DNA of 64,000 nt from Octopus sinensis (GCF_006345805.1 NC_043014.1:44702001-44766000), one strand, 5' to 3'. Counted from the first letter of the stretch, positions 37,573-52,135 are shown. Notes: a model not told the origin generated them from the letters alone. Translations and numbers: made by a program.

Positions 37573-40398
37573 GCCAATCTATTTTCTAGCTTGTCGAGAT
37601 TAGATTTACATTTTCAGGTCCACAGAACACAAACTTCATTTACATTAAAATCACTCAAAAACATAGCTTGGTCATAATAGAAGTCCTCTAAAACTTAAAC
37701 ACTCATAGAGCAAAAAGTAAGCTTTCGTCTAGTTAAATCCACATGGCGGTTTCAATCCTTGCTCAAAGCTATTTCGTTTCACTTATGTTGCTATTAATGC
37801 CCACAGGAAAAGATTCAGGGTCACAAATTCTCTTTTCCTGAAACAGGGTTTGGTGCTTGATCAAAGGAAACCTATAGTTTCGAGACTAGTTATTATTAGT
37901 TAAGCTAGCATGGTCAGATTATAAACTGCTTCTGTTTTAGCCCTGCTAAGTTTGAATAGCTTATCTCCTTGGTCAAACCTGATCAAGTAGATCTATGGTG
38001 CTTAGGCTGTTGGTTTAATGAATGGTACTATCTCCAGATCTTTCGTTCCAGTTGTGATACTCTTCCAAAACTATATTTTAAAGGGATATATTTTTGAGAG
38101 ATGACTGAACTGAAAATTTATTTCTGCTACATGAGTTTTAATGCACTTATAAACTGTGCTACAGTCTTGGAGAAAGGCAAGTTAAAAATTTCCCAAACCG
38201 GCTGAGAGCTTAGTAGCTTGTATTGCAAAAGTTACTACACAAACTCTCATTTGACCCAATTTTCATAACTGTAAATGTTTGCCTCCGGCATTAAGCATAT
38301 CTGACAACACTATAAAATTAACAGCCATTTTATTAGTTTGGGAGGAAACTGGGCCCTACTAAGGTGACTTGCCAGAGGTATGAATATATTGGGTGACCAT
38401 CCTGCTGCCAATCTCTCATATATAAAATAGAAAGGAAACTAACTGTCACCTAGAGATATTAACTCTTTAGCATTCAGATTTCTCCATCAAATGTAATGCT
38501 AATTTATTCACATTGATATGAATTAGTCATGCATTACCTTGTAGCTGTGAGATTTCAATGACATGATAATTTAATTTTCGAGTAATATTACAGGGTAAGT
38601 GTGAGAGGCTGGATATGGCTGGTTTAAATGTGAAAGGGTTAAAGTAAATAGCAAAGACAAAATGGTTTAGTGACAGAAATGATATATGTGAAAGAGATCA
38701 GTGATGCTCTGATGAGGTAATTACTCTTTACTCTTTTACTTGTTTCAGTCATTTGACTGTGGCCATGCTGGAGCACCGCCTTTAGTCGAGCAAATCGACC
38801 CCAGGACTTATTCTTACTAAGCCTAGTACTTATTCTATTGGTCTGTTTTGCCGAACTGCTAAGTTACAGGGACGTAAACACACCAGCATCGGTTGTCAAG
38901 CGATGTTGGGGGCACAAACACAGACACAAACATATACACACATGTACATATATATATATATATATGCGATGGGATTCTTTCAGTTTCCATCTACCAAATC
39001 CACTCACAAGGCTTTGGTCGGCCTGAAGCTATAGTAGAAGACAGTTGCCCAAGGTGCCACGCAGTGGGACTGAACCCGGAACCATGTGGTTGGTAAGCAA
39101 GCTACTTACCACACAGCCACTCCTACACCTATAATTGGTTAAGATAAACTTATATCCAGAAAAGATATAACTTATCTCTTACAAACACAAGTGGAAAATG
39201 ATTAAAATGGTATAAATAGCAATACAGAATATGCCATTAGTATTCTAATAAAACCCATACAAAACCAGAGTAAAATATCTTTATATTTCTAGTAAAATGT
39301 CTTTTTATACCTTCACAGCATTTATATGTAGCCATCATAAGAATGATGAAAATATGTTAAATTAAAAACTTATTCACTCACTGCAAAACAGAATTTACAG
39401 TTGGAATATTATTAGTAGGAATAATGCTGATAGTTCACATGGTCTTTGTTTACCTTGTGATATTAGAACCTGTGGACTTGAAATTTAAAAACTGTTTTAC
39501 ACCAGTCAAGCTGTAACTGATACCAGGAGTTTTAGAAATAACAATGTTTATCGTTTCAGGGAATATAGAAATTTTTTTCAACATTTACCTCATTTTTGGA
39601 TTATTATGAAAAATATTTAATAAACTTTTTTTCAAATTTGCATCAAATTTATTATTTTTAAAATCTTTATTTTACTTTTTTTCTATTTTTGACAAGAAAA
39701 CAAAAACATCATCATCATCATCATCATCATCGTTTAGCATCCGCTTTCCATGCTAGCATGGGTTGGACGGTTCAACTGGGGTCTGGGAAGCCAGAAGGCT
39801 GCACCAGGCCCCTATTTCCTTCTACCCAAACCTAGGGTAAATCTTTGTTAATTAGGAGTTTGGTAATAAGCTTTGACATTATTTCTAGTCTCCAAGGTCG
39901 CGAGCTGGCAGAATCGTTGGCGCACCGGGTGAAATGCTTAGCAGTATTTCGTCTGCCATTACGTTCTGAGTTCAAATTCCACCAAGGTCGACTTTGCTTT
40001 TCATCCTTTCGGGGTTGATTAAATAAGTACCAGTTATGCACTGGGATCGATATAATCCATTTGTCTGTCCTCTCTGTGTTTAGCTCCTTGTGGGTAGTAA
40101 AGAAATAGGTATTTTGTCTGTCTTTATATTCCGAGTTCAACTTCCACTGAGGTTGACTTTGCCTTTTATCCTTTCGGGGGTCGATAAATTAAGTACCAGT
40201 TGCATACTGGGGTCGATCTAATCGACAGGCCTCCTCCCCCCAAATTTCAAGCCTTGTGCCTATAGTAAAAAAGGATTATTTCTATAGTTTCTGTACCTTT
40301 TCATAAACACTACATTTTAACACAGCATTTCTTTAGTTCTCTCTCTACAGCTAATTCCCCCCCCCCCCACACACACACACAAACATTTATATATGCAC

Positions 40399-40610
40399 AC
40401 GATGGGGTACAAAAAAGTTCCTGGCTTTGGGTTAAATAAAATACAGGAGGATCAGTTATTTTATTCAACATATTTCCCTCTCAGATTTACACACTTATTG
40501 CAGTGATCCCTCAGTTTTAATAAGCCCTGTAAAAGAACTCCGATGTTTGGGCCTCCAAACAGGCCTTTCATGATACCCTTAAAGCCAGGAACTTTTCAGC
40601 ACCCTCTTGT
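40399..40610. mobile_element. Degenerate Tc1/mariner-like MITE
   Basis: Imperfect TIRs ACGATGGGGTACAAAAAAGTTCCTGGCTTT / AAAGCCAGGAACTTTTCAGCACCCTCTTGT. Confidence 0.6.
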
Positions 40611-40862
40611 GTGTGTATGTGTGTATATATATATATATATACGCTGAAGATGGGAATGAATTTGTTTATAATTTTGACCCAGAAACACATCCGTAACTAA
40701 CCAAAGACTTTGTTTTCGTTGTTTTTCATCCTGTTTTACATATGTGAATTACATGTATATGTTATATATGGAGTTATATTTGTAGAAAATAGAAATAAGC
40801 GGTCTTTGACTGCTATTTCTAATTTCTCGGTATGTGGCTAAGCAACCTGTTGCTTGCCTTTT

Positions 40863-40898
<36 letters not shown>

Positions 40899-40899
<1 letters not shown>

Positions 40900-41206
40900 T
40901 AGCAGTATCGCCCGGCGTTGCTCGGGTTTGTAAGGGAAATAACTATATAAGCATTTTTAGAGTGTTACTTCCCTTATATAAACCGAGCAAAAAATGCATT
41001 GAAAATGCGGAAAAATGATGGTAAATTTTTTTATCATCGTAGACTCATTGTAGACGCGCGCTAATACCCAGAAGGGCTCGATATGAATCATGACTATAAG
41101 ATACCCGCTTTTGGTTAAACTGCACCGCAAAATGTGGGAGTAGTTAGGAATCTAAATCGGAGGAGACAGACTCTCACACACACAACTTCAGTTTTATATA
41201 TAAAGA
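40899..41206 (-). mobile_element. Non-autonomous Helitron
   Basis: Minus strand: 5' TC..., 3' CCCG-AGCAACGC-CGGG hairpin then CTAG, inserted between A and T. Sister copy at 56828-57225 has an internal tandem duplication. Confidence 0.8.
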
Positions 41207-41660
41207 TATATATAAAAGCAAGTGAAACCAGTTGTCAGCTAGGTAGATTAAAGTAAACACCAAGGACACACAGGAGGATTGCAGTAAATAATAATTAAAA
41301 AGGAGACAAACATATTAATCAATAATTTTTTTTTATTTTACTTTTATTTCAATCAAAATAAATCTTTGAAGGACATGGGTACAAAGAAAAAGTCCAGACC
41401 ATTCTTCTGGGTAATTAAAAAAGATCTTAAAAAGGTGTTTGTATCAACACATTTGGATGTCAATTACATTGGTAATTGTTACTCATAGTTTATTGTATCA
41501 AACTTGTAATAATAATTTCTTAGTCACAATGTTGGAAATTTGGTGGTGAACTTTAGTAAAGGCCCAGAACAAACATTGCAAGGGTAATTTTACCAATGCA
41601 CAAACAATTTTGCCAATCAACTGGCTTCATCAAATTTATAATGATAATAAAGGGGGTCAT

Positions 41661-41670
41661 TTTATTTATT
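41661..41670 (-). terminator. Candidate polyadenylation signal of GLO1
   Basis: Overlapping AATAAA hexamers on the minus strand ~215 nt after the stop. AT-rich DNA, so this is weak evidence. Confidence 0.3.
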
Positions 41671-41881
41671 CACAGAATTCTCTGCTAAGATTTCCTCTCT
41701 GCTGGAGAAAATTGAAAGAACGCAAAGCAATTAAAATTTTTGCAGATTTTGACAAGGTGTTGAATTAAGGAATCAACTTAGTCAAATATGAACAAAAAGG
41801 GGGCAGTTGCTAAATAGGAATATATATTATATCAAGATTATTGATGGAAGACTTTAATTTTTGGCATATTAGTAAAATGTT

Positions 41882-41982
41882 TTAGGTCTCTTTGTTAATA
41901 TTAGCTGTAACACTTGTACCAGAAAATATTTCAATCCAGTAACCATCCGGATCCATGATGAAAGCAATCCCTTTGATTTTTC
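41882..41982 (-). CDS. GLO1: Glyoxalase I (lactoylglutathione lyase) exon 6
   Basis: Acceptor ttctattccag. [33 protein letters not shown], with the DPDGYWIE motif and its catalytic Glu. Confidence 0.95.
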
Positions 41983-44018
41983 CTGGAATAGAAAAGAAAT
42001 GTGATATAAGCATTAACTATTTCTTTACTACCAACAAGGGGCTAAACACAGAGAGGACAAACAAGGACAGACAAACGGATTAAGTCGATTAGATCGACCC
42101 CAGTGTGTAACTGGTACTTAATTTATCGACCCCGAAAGGATGAAAGGCAAAGTCGACCTCGGCGGAATTTGAACTCAGAACGTAATGGCAGACGAAATAT
42201 GGCTACGCATTTCGCCCGGTGTGCTAACGTTTCTGCCAGCTCGCATTAACACAGAGGTTTAACATTTGACAATGTTTAGAAACAAAATAATGGAAAGAGG
42301 AGAAATAAAACGGATAAAGGGAAGGTAAACAAACTACTTTATATTCTGATTCCCCTAAAACTAATTTATTTTTCATAGAATGACATTTTTTTCCAGGAGG
42401 AAGGGGGAAATAAACTTTTCAATCTTACACAGCGTAATTTCTATAACAATGTGTTTAACCCTTTAGCATCCAGAGACGTGCAACCAAACGCATACCCTCC
42501 ATCAGACACCTACCATATTCTGAGCACCTTGTTTCCCTGGGCATGGATTCACTGAAGCTCCGGCGTCTGGCAACGGACTTGGTAAACACCCACAAAGTTA
42601 TCAACCACCTCTCCAACAACAACAACACTGAACACCTTTTTGATTTCCATGTGTCTAACACACATAGACATGCCTACGAAATCAGAAAACAGCACAGCTC
42701 CCATGACTTTCGGAAACATTTCTTCACGCTAAGAGTTGCTGAAGCATGGAATAAACTGCCTGCGTCAGTTGTTGACTGCCATGACACTGCATCCTTTAAG
42801 GCCCTCATGCTTTCCGAAATCCGCCGAAACTACACCTGATTATATATACACTTTAGATGAGTTGTAGTGCACCTGAGCACTGTACACAATTATCATCATT
42901 ATTATTATTATTATTTAAACTGGCCGTATCTGGCCAAAAGTATTCTACCTGTTTTATGTTCAAACTGGCCAGATCTGGTCTCTCACACCAGCCCTACAAT
43001 ATCGTTTTAAAAATCAACAGCTACCTCATCAAAATCTCATAACTCCAAGATAATGCCTGATTAGTTCAAGGTAATGTGGATAAAAAAAGGATTCATTTTG
43101 GCAGAATAATGCGAACACTAAAGGGTTAACATAATGGATTACTTTTAAGGTTATCTTTACAGGTTTTTCAATAGAAATTATAGCCAGTAATGATTTGTTA
43201 GGATGTTCCATATCCAAATACGTCTAATGTAAACAATGTAATCGAAGACAGAGAAATAGATAATGGGTGTATATGCATTTTTCAGAAATTCTTGCTCCTT
43301 CTTCATCACCATACCCAACCAATTAACCATCCATAAACACATTGCTTAGACAGCCACCAAATATAGCCATGTATCACTATTGGACATACATCATCATCAT
43401 CGTTTAACGTCCGCTTTCCATGCTAGTATGGGTTGGACGATTTGACTGAGGACTGGTGAACCAGATGGCTGCACCAGGCTCCAATCTTGATCTGGCAGAG
43501 TTTCTATGGTTGGATGCCCTTCCTAATGCCAACCACTCTGAGAGTGTTGTGGGTGCTTTTACGTGCCATCAGCATGGGGGCCAGTCAGGCGGCACTGGCA
43601 ACGGCCACACTCAAATGGTGTTTTTTACGTACCACCTGCACAGGAACCAGTCCAGCGGCACTAGCAACGACCTCAATTTTACATATTAAACACATTCCTG
43701 GCAAACGTATGTATACATTACTTGTCTACAAGTAATTAACAAAATGTATATCCAAATGGACAATGACACTGTTACATTCACTTAACCCTTTCGATACCAA
43801 CCCAGCTGAAACCACCTCTGGCTCTGTAGTACAAATGTCTTGTTTTCATAAGTTTTGAATTTAAATCTTCCACCAAACCTTAGTCACAATTTATGTTCCT
43901 AACACCAGCTTAATGATAACTAAGTTATTTTACTAAATTCTTTGTTATATCTAAAATTAATTGAAAGAAACTCATAGCATCTCAAAATAAATATGGTAAT
44001 GAAAGGGTTGAATCTTAC

Positions 44019-44108
44019 CAGCATTCAGCTTGAGTTTAAAGGGCACATTTAACTCTTCAAACCTTTTACAGGCAGCGTCAACATCGGGGACACAAACACC
44101 AATATGTC
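44019..44108 (-). CDS. GLO1: Glyoxalase I exon 5
   Basis: 90 nt, AG/GT bounded. [30 protein letters not shown], including the metal-ligand His. Confidence 0.95.
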
Positions 44109-44545
44109 CTAAGGAGAACAAAAACAAGATAAGATTAGGAAAAAACAAACTAAAATAAGTCACAGCAGTGCATCAAAAGAGATTTATGGAATAAGTACTA
44201 GGCTTAAAGAATAAGTCCTGGGGTCGATTTATTCAACTAAAAAAGACCCTTCAAAGTGGTGCTCCAGCATGGCTACAGTTAAATGACTGTAACAAGTAAA
44301 AGAATACATACATACCAAAAAATTGGCTATTGTGAGGGAAGACACCAGGTTTATTTATGTTTGTAACTCATAAATGCACAGCACTAGGCCGCCTGCAAAA
44401 ATTCGTGTTCAAGTCAGTCAAGTTGGCCATAAACGCAGCACAATGCCAGGAATATAAACTACCAACACTCCAGGTTATATACATCGATTTTGTGAGTAGT
44501 CTATTAGTTTATACAACTTTACAAAATCAACCAATCAAGACTTAC

Positions 44546-44613
44546 CAAATCCCTGTGGGCTACTGTTGCCATTATGGTACTGAACACTGTCGTCAGTCTC
44601 AGAACCCCAGTTG
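44546..44613 (-). CDS. GLO1: Glyoxalase I exon 4
   Basis: 68 nt. NWGSETDDSVQYHNGNSSPQGF; acceptor tttacag, donor gtaagt. Confidence 0.95.
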
Positions 44614-45304
44614 CTGTAAAATAAAAAATAAATTTCTCACTCAGACACTGAAGAATTTCACAATGGAGTGTTGAACACAGAAATACAAGCATATCAAGCA
44701 AGTAGTTAAAATGATGGACCAATACAAAGCTAAAGAAAATGCAAGTAGATCAGGACCAACAAAGGATACATTGTGAGGAAAACTGCACTTTGAGGAATAA
44801 TGAGTGAGAGTGATAAGTTACATACATATTGAAACAATATGTAATATCCCATTGGGATATTTTAAGATACTCTGACGGAGGGTGGGCACATTATGGCACG
44901 CAGAAGTATATATATATATATAGGGTGCATTCTACATCTGTTAAGAAACAGCGACAAGTGAAAATTCTATAAATATAATAATAAGCTTAAGCCTATAAGT
45001 GTTCACTGTATATTGGCCATAAAAAATAGTTGAATATTGGGTTATATGCCTCAATATTAACTATTTTCTATAGCCAATATATGGTGAATGCTTATAAGCT
45101 TAAGCTTATAATTATATTTACAGAATAGGAGTGGATGTATGGTACGTAGCTCGCTTACCAACCACATGTAGACAAATACACAGCTAGGTTAAGTCACTCG
45201 AAAACTATACAACACTGAATCAGTCAGAGAAAATTACATGGTTCTCATTGGTCATTGACATAACATGGTTACACACAACCACTGGTCACTGAAAATATAC
45301 TTAC

Positions 45305-45445
45305 TGGGTCAACTCAATGGCTGTCTTGCTGGTCATGCACCATTTAAACCGCTCAGCTTCGTCCTTTGGAATCTCATTTTCATTGGCGTAACCCATGAAA
45401 TATAAGCTGAACTTTAATGGTGGAAAGTCAAACCGATGAAGGAGT
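45305..45445 (-). CDS. GLO1: Glyoxalase I exon 3
   Basis: 141 nt. LLHRFDFPPLKFSLYFMGYANENEIPKDEAERFKWCMTSKTAIELTH, with the insert typical of Zn-type eukaryotic GLO1. Confidence 0.95.
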
Positions 45446-45538
45446 CTGCAAAGAAAGATCAACCAATTGTAACTGAATATAAAGCAACATAAGAGACAGA
45501 ACAAGTGCCGTGAAGAATGTATATATGGTTACTGTATA

Positions 45539-45902
45539 CTAGCACTATGACCCGGCAACGTCGGGTCATAATGCTAGTGCATGCATATACAACTGCGTGC
45601 GTGCGCACATACACGCGAGTACTGCCCAAATCTCCGACCAATCACATACAGCTAGCTGGCATTCAATTGGCGTATCAAGTTTTGGGCATTTTGATTGGGT
45701 TTTGGATAGAAAATTCACAAAAAAGTCACTTGTATTGATTTTTTAATGGATTTGCGGGGTGACTGGGGAAATGTAAAGATGTGCACGACCACCCTTGGAC
45801 GGTTTTGAATGACCATAGAAAGTGCGAGCCATCTAACTGAAAAATTGTGAATTTATATAAAGGACATGCAAGCAGACATTTTGCCATTTATATATATAGA
45901 GA
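45539..45902 (-). mobile_element. Non-autonomous Helitron (different family) in GLO1 intron 2
   Basis: 5' TCTCTATATAT, 3' palindromic end finishing in CTAG, A|T insertion site. Confidence 0.75.
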
Positions 45903-46876
45903 TGGCAGGGCATCGTGCAGCCCAGTTCAACACAACCACTTGACCCATAGGCGGCTAACACCATCTAAGGGCTAGGTAGTGCTTTTAGGGACCTATGCAC
46001 TTTCAACTCTGGTCTGCCTCAGGATTTTGTATTGTCCACCACACACTTCCTCCTGTACGTGAATAACCTCCTTGCCACCACTTCCAACAGTGTCCTCTCT
46101 AGTGCAAATGGCTACAAGTTGGGGTTCACCCAGGATCAGTCCTCAGCCCCCTCTTGTTCATCATAGTCCTCCAGGAAGACATGGGATGAGGTATGAAGCA
46201 TGACCTTTGAACGTTGGGCCTCACATAGGTAATGACAAGAGACCGAGACCTTTGGAGATATGCTGTGATTGAGAAGACCTGGCAAGTAAAGTGAGAACAC
46301 AGCCATGGCCAATGCTAGTCTTGCATAACCAGCCTATTTAAAAGTATCCTTGAAGTGTCGGGTGATATGCTGTGCTTGAGAAGACCTGTTGAGTCAATCA
46401 AAATCATAGTCATGGCCAGTGCTGCCTGACTGGCTTCCCATGCTGGTGGTACATAAAAAGCACCATCCAAATGTGGTCAGTCCCAATGCCCCGTAACCGG
46501 CTCCCGTGCCGGTGGCATGCAAAAAACACCATCCAAACATGATCGATGCCAGTGACTCCTGACTAGCCTATATGCCAGTGGCATGTAAAAAGCACCCACT
46601 ACACTCTCAGAGTGGTTGGCATGAGGAAGAGCATCAAGCTGTAGAAACCTTGCAAGATCAGATTTGGAGCCAGTCCTCAGTCAAACCATCCAATCTATGC
46701 TAGCATGGAAAGCAGACAAATGATTATGGTGATTATGTTGTATTCTGTTGGGAGGAAGAGAAAACTCAAGGCCCACTCCAGGAACGTAAATTCTAGCTAT
46801 GCTACTGTATGATGGTGAATAAAAAAAAAAAATGAAGTAAAATGAAAGATTCAAATAATAATACATTGTAAGTTAC

Positions 46877-46959
46877 CTCATTCCCAAGACTTTAGAGTAG
46901 AATGTCAGCGATGCCTTTGGGTCTTTGACTCGGTACATAGTTTGTTGATAGAAAAAGTC
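46877..46959 (-). CDS. GLO1: Glyoxalase I exon 2
   Basis: 83 nt. [28 protein letters not shown]; acceptor ttattacag, donor gtaact. Confidence 0.95.
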
Positions 46960-49514
46960 CTGTAATAAATGTTTGGGTAACAGTATAAGTTTCTTAGTGG
47001 CAAAACAGAGTGAATGGAATATGATGACGTTCGTGTGTTTTTATACTGGTAATATATTCCAATTATATTTTAATTTTAAGACATTTTTTTATACCTGTTT
47101 CAGAGTCATTTGACTGCAGCCATGCTGGAGCACTGCCTTTAGTCGAGCAAATCGACCCCCAGGACTTATTCTTTGTTAGCCTAGGACTTACTCTATCAGT
47201 CTCTTTTGCCGAACCGCTAAGTTACAGGGACGTAAACACAATAGCATCGGTTGTCACGCGATGTTGAGGGGACAATCACAGACAAATAAACATACACACA
47301 CACATACATACCTACATATACACACACACACACATATATATATACTCTTTTACTTCTTTCAGTCATTTTGACTGCGGCCATGCTGGAGCACCGCCTTTAA
47401 TCGAGCAACTCGACCCCGGGAATTATTCTTTTGTAAGCCCAGTACTTATTCTATCGGTCTCTTTTGCCGAACCACTAAGTAACGGGGACATAAACACACC
47501 AGCATCAGTTGTCAAGCAGTGCTAGGGGGACAAACACAGACACACATATATATATATATATATACATATAAGCGACTGGCTTCTTTTCAGTTTCAATCTA
47601 CCAAATCCACTCACAAGGCTTTGATTGTCCCGAGGCTATAGTAGAAGACACTTGCCCAACATGCCACGCAGTGGGACTGAACCCGGAACCATGTGGTTGG
47701 TACTTACCACACAGCCACTCCTGCGCCTATTTTGTTGAAAACCAATTACTAATGATAAAAGGATAACAGTCTTCAAAGAGGAACAAACAATGCCCGTTGC
47801 TAAGGGGGTGCACTGGATGGCACTACCTCCTCACTATTCAATGGTGTGCTCTCAGATTTACAGTGACACACTTATTTCAAAACTCCACTTTAGCATTATC
47901 ACAAATTATTGCCCATCCAGAATATTCTAAAAAAACCCCAGACACCAAAGACTGGCAACAGACCTGGAACAAACAAACAAACAAAAAGATCTCCTTTATT
48001 GAACTCATTTGCAGAAATACTTCCTTACTGATATCCAGGCTGGATTAAGACCTATAGAGGCCCTAAGCACTTGAAAGATTTTGGTGCCCCTGTATATGTT
48101 TAATTTAAAATATAAACAATAATAAACCATAAAATAAATTTCTATTTTTCAAAATGAAACAAAACTAACTGTAAGATGGAAAATAATGTTTATTTTTGTA
48201 TACTTCCACTTTATTCATATACTCTTTACTTGTTTCAGACATTTGACTGCGGCCATGCTGGAGCACCGCCTTTAATCAAGCAACTCGACCCCGGGACTTA
48301 TTCTTTTGCAAGCCCAGTACTTATTCTATCGGTCTTATTGCCGAACCGCTAAGTGACGGGGACATAAACACACCAGCATCAGTTGTCAGGCAATGCTAGG
48401 GGGACAAACACAAACACACGCATATATATATATATATACATGTATACGACGGGCTTCTTTCAGTTTCCGTCTACCAAATCCACTCACACGGCTTTGGTCG
48501 GCTCGAGGCTATAGTAGAAGACACTTGCCCAAGGTGCTATGCAGTGGGACTGAACCCAGAACCATGTGGTTGGTAAACAAGCTACTTACCACACTGCCAC
48601 TACTGCGCCTATATTTGAAAAGTTTTCTCCTTTTTTTTTTTAATTGCAAAGTCTTTGATCAGACCCTCACTATGACACTATGAACATATTGAAATTATAT
48701 TTCTGATCATATAAACCACTTCAAATTATTTTAACAAGTTTAAAGTGATTTCTTTTGTGACATAAACCATTTACCATTTCTGTGGATTTTCCATTTTCTT
48801 TGCCTCTAAAAAGCCTTTAGAGAAAAAAAATATAAAGATTAACCTCTCTCCCTTCTTTTCAAAGTCAATACAGCTATTCTTAACACGTCAGCTCTACTTC
48901 CATAAATAGACATCTCCAAAACCTTGCCAATGGAGATATGGCAACTTAGGTCACCATTAACAATACAAAGAACATGGTCTTCTAGCACAACTTGTCTAAT
49001 CATGAACAACACAATTAAAATCCTCAAAGTTGCTACGAATTATAGGCCTCATAATATTTTATGATCGCTTATGGTGAAATTATATATATATATAATTTTA
49101 ATTTTGAAATGAGGGTGAGAAATTGGATATTAATTTTAATTAACATCAATTTAACACTAGTGGTCTAGCATATTAAAATCTGAAGGTTCAGTAAATTGTA
49201 ATTTTTCTTGAGAACATTTCTTAGTGGTAAGAGCACAGAGTGTATATATCATCATCATCATCGTTTAGCGTCTGCTTTCCATGCTAGCATGGGTTGGACA
49301 GTTCAACTGGGGTCTGGGAAGCCAGAAGGCTGCACCAGGCTCCAGTCTGATCTGGCAATGTTTCTACGGCTGGGTGTCCTTCCTAACGCCAACCACTCCG
49401 TGAGTGTAGTGGGTGCTTTTTACGTGCCAGGCGAGGCCGGCAAATGGCCATGATCGGATGGTGCTTTTTACATGCCACCAGCACAGAGGCCAGGCCTGGC
49501 TGGCAACGGCCATG

Positions 49515-49567
<53 letters not shown>

Positions 49568-50943
49568 CAACTAAACATCATCATCATTTGTCTGTTGTCC
49601 ATGCTGGCATGAGTTGGACAGTTTGACCAGGGCTGCTAAGCTGAGGGGCAGCAAAAGTCTCCAGTCTGATTTGGCATTGTTTCTACAGCTGGATGCCCTT
49701 CCTAACACCAACCACTCTGAGAGTGTAATGCGTGCTTTTACATGTCACCAGCATGGGTGCCAGTTGCATGGCACTGGCATCTGCCATGACTATGATTTCT
49801 GTTGGTTTGATAGGTCTTCTACTCAAGCAAAGCATATTGCCAAAGGTTTCTGTCATTTAGAGAGAGAGAGGAGAGAAAGAGAGCATTGACGAAACTGTAT
49901 CAAGAAGTCTAAACATTTAATTCAGGAGTTGATTTTGATGAAAAGATTTCAGCCTACATCAAATGCAAACCCCACTGTATTATAGTGAAGGAAGAATGTC
50001 ATATAGATTAACAGTCTTTTATTTCCATTAATAGATTAAATAAGCAACAACTAAGCAGCAGAAAATCTGGTAGAGAAAACAAAAAACCAATTAAACAGCA
50101 AAACCTTCAAACAATGGAAGTGAATATGTTAGTGACAAATATAACTGATTGTGTGGCTGTGACTGAGTTTACTTCAGAGAAAGGAACATTTTGTCTGTCT
50201 AGGTTTCCCTATAGAAGTTTAAATTATCAACCACATAGATCATACCAGTCTGTAAGAGCCTGCAAAAAATCTTGAGTGTTTACACCTCCCTCTGGCTACT
50301 CATTAAACTTTAAAAAAATAAAAAAGCAACAAACAAAAAGAGGGTGACTACTTCAGATTTTATAAGGCCGAGCAATTGACTACATTGCTTAACCTGAAGA
50401 AAAGCTATTCCTATCCCAAAGTCCAGGGGGATCTTAGGATTATATATATTGCCTGTCCCACAATCTAGGGCAGTGGTCCTGAACCATTTTTTGCTATGAA
50501 CCCCTTTGATTCTTATTTTACTATACTGGACCTACATAGCCATTTTCTGTATATAACAAAAAATATTTTTGTATTTTTATAATTAAATATTAGGATTTAC
50601 ATTAAAAAAATTTTAATATTTTGTGTATTGTAGAATTATAACTGATTTATTTATTGCACATAAATTTTAACAACAAAATTCTATATGAACCCCCAAAGAC
50701 CATATGGATCCCAGTTGAGAACCATTGGTCTTCGGGCATCTGAAAATTGTATGCATTACCTCTTACGATCATTACAAGTCATAGAATTACAACTTTGGTG
50801 AAACAAAACTTACTTTAAACAAGCTATCTCCAAGATACAGAAAGCGTGTTTACCCAACAAAATAAATTTGCGAAATGTTTTGTGTATTCAACAAGAAAAA
50901 TATTCAAATTATCAATGGGTTATTCTTCCCTTTCTAACAGATA

Positions 50944-51212
50944 TCTTTCTCTATATAAACGGCAGTTCTCAACTACCAGGCTTTCAACCGATTGATGAAA
51001 CTTACACAACATAGCCCTGTCATACAACTAAGGAAAATTTTGAAATTCAGTTCTTCAATAATTCGACATGGGTAGAATCAGAAACAGGAACCATTCTAGG
51101 GACGCAACTCCACCTATCTCAAACTACCATCATTAGCTATTAGCTATAACTCTCTAAAAATGCTTTATAGTTATTCCCTTACAAACCTGAGCACGCCGGG
51201 CGATACTGCTAG
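50944..51212 (+). mobile_element. Non-autonomous Helitron
   Basis: A|TCTTTCTCTATATAAA ... CCTGAGCACGCCGGGCGATACTGCTAG|T. Confidence 0.7.
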
Positions 51213-51804
51213 TGACTAATAAAAAGAAGTTACCCAGCTAATTAGTCTCTATCTTATCGTATTTTTTAAAACAGGTTGGAGGATTCTGTCGGCCACGGCA
51301 ACAACCAGCTGAACTCGCACTTGTGAAGTAACACGTAAAGCAGCCGCGTATTCCACAGAACTATTGTATTCTGAATGCGATTTCAGGCCCAATTAGCGTG
51401 ATACAATGTAACGGGGCTCGGCCTTTGAATTTACATACAATACAAAGAGAAAGAAGTCGCCCGCTATACTAAACTGACTTTACAATCAATTCAAAAACAA
51501 TGAAAAAGCAAAGTTAATCTCGGCGGGATTTGAACTGAGAACAATGAAACGAATACCGCTTCTGTGAAGCAAAAGAAAAACTTTATACCCTCTAACGAGA
51601 TGAAAAAAATGGCTTAAAGTGGGATCTATACGATTCAGCCGATAAGCAAATCTCAAGACATTTTCGGTACGTAACAAAAGGCACTGGTATAGTTCCTCAT
51701 TTTCATTGAAAATAAACAGTCTTAGTCTTAGCGATCTTTAATCTTAGGCGTCTAGATCCAATGATCACCGTCTTATTTGCTATAAACAAGAGTTAGGATT
51801 TACG

Positions 51805-52135
51805 CAGGGGTTCTCAACCAGTTTTTTTTAAATCTATGGACCCCTTTGATTACCATTTTATTCTGATGGACCCCCATAACCATTCGCTGTTTAAAAACTA
51901 GTTTAATAGAATCTTCTTTCGAAATTCCTATTTTGTTTTTCTCACATTAACTTGTGTAGGTTGAACAATGTAAAATGTTTGAGAAAGAAATCTAGCCGTA
52001 TTTTGCAATACATAACAATACATACAGCTAAAGCAAAATTTTTTTCAGGGCTCCTTAAAATACTATCGTAGACAATTTACTTTTTGCTGCGTGAACTCCC
52101 ACAAATCTGAAATGGACCCCGGTTGAGAACCCCTG
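51805..52135. mobile_element. hAT-like MITE
   Basis: Perfect 15-bp TIR CAGGGGTTCTCAACC; TSD not preserved. Related decayed copy at 50471-50727. Confidence 0.7.
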
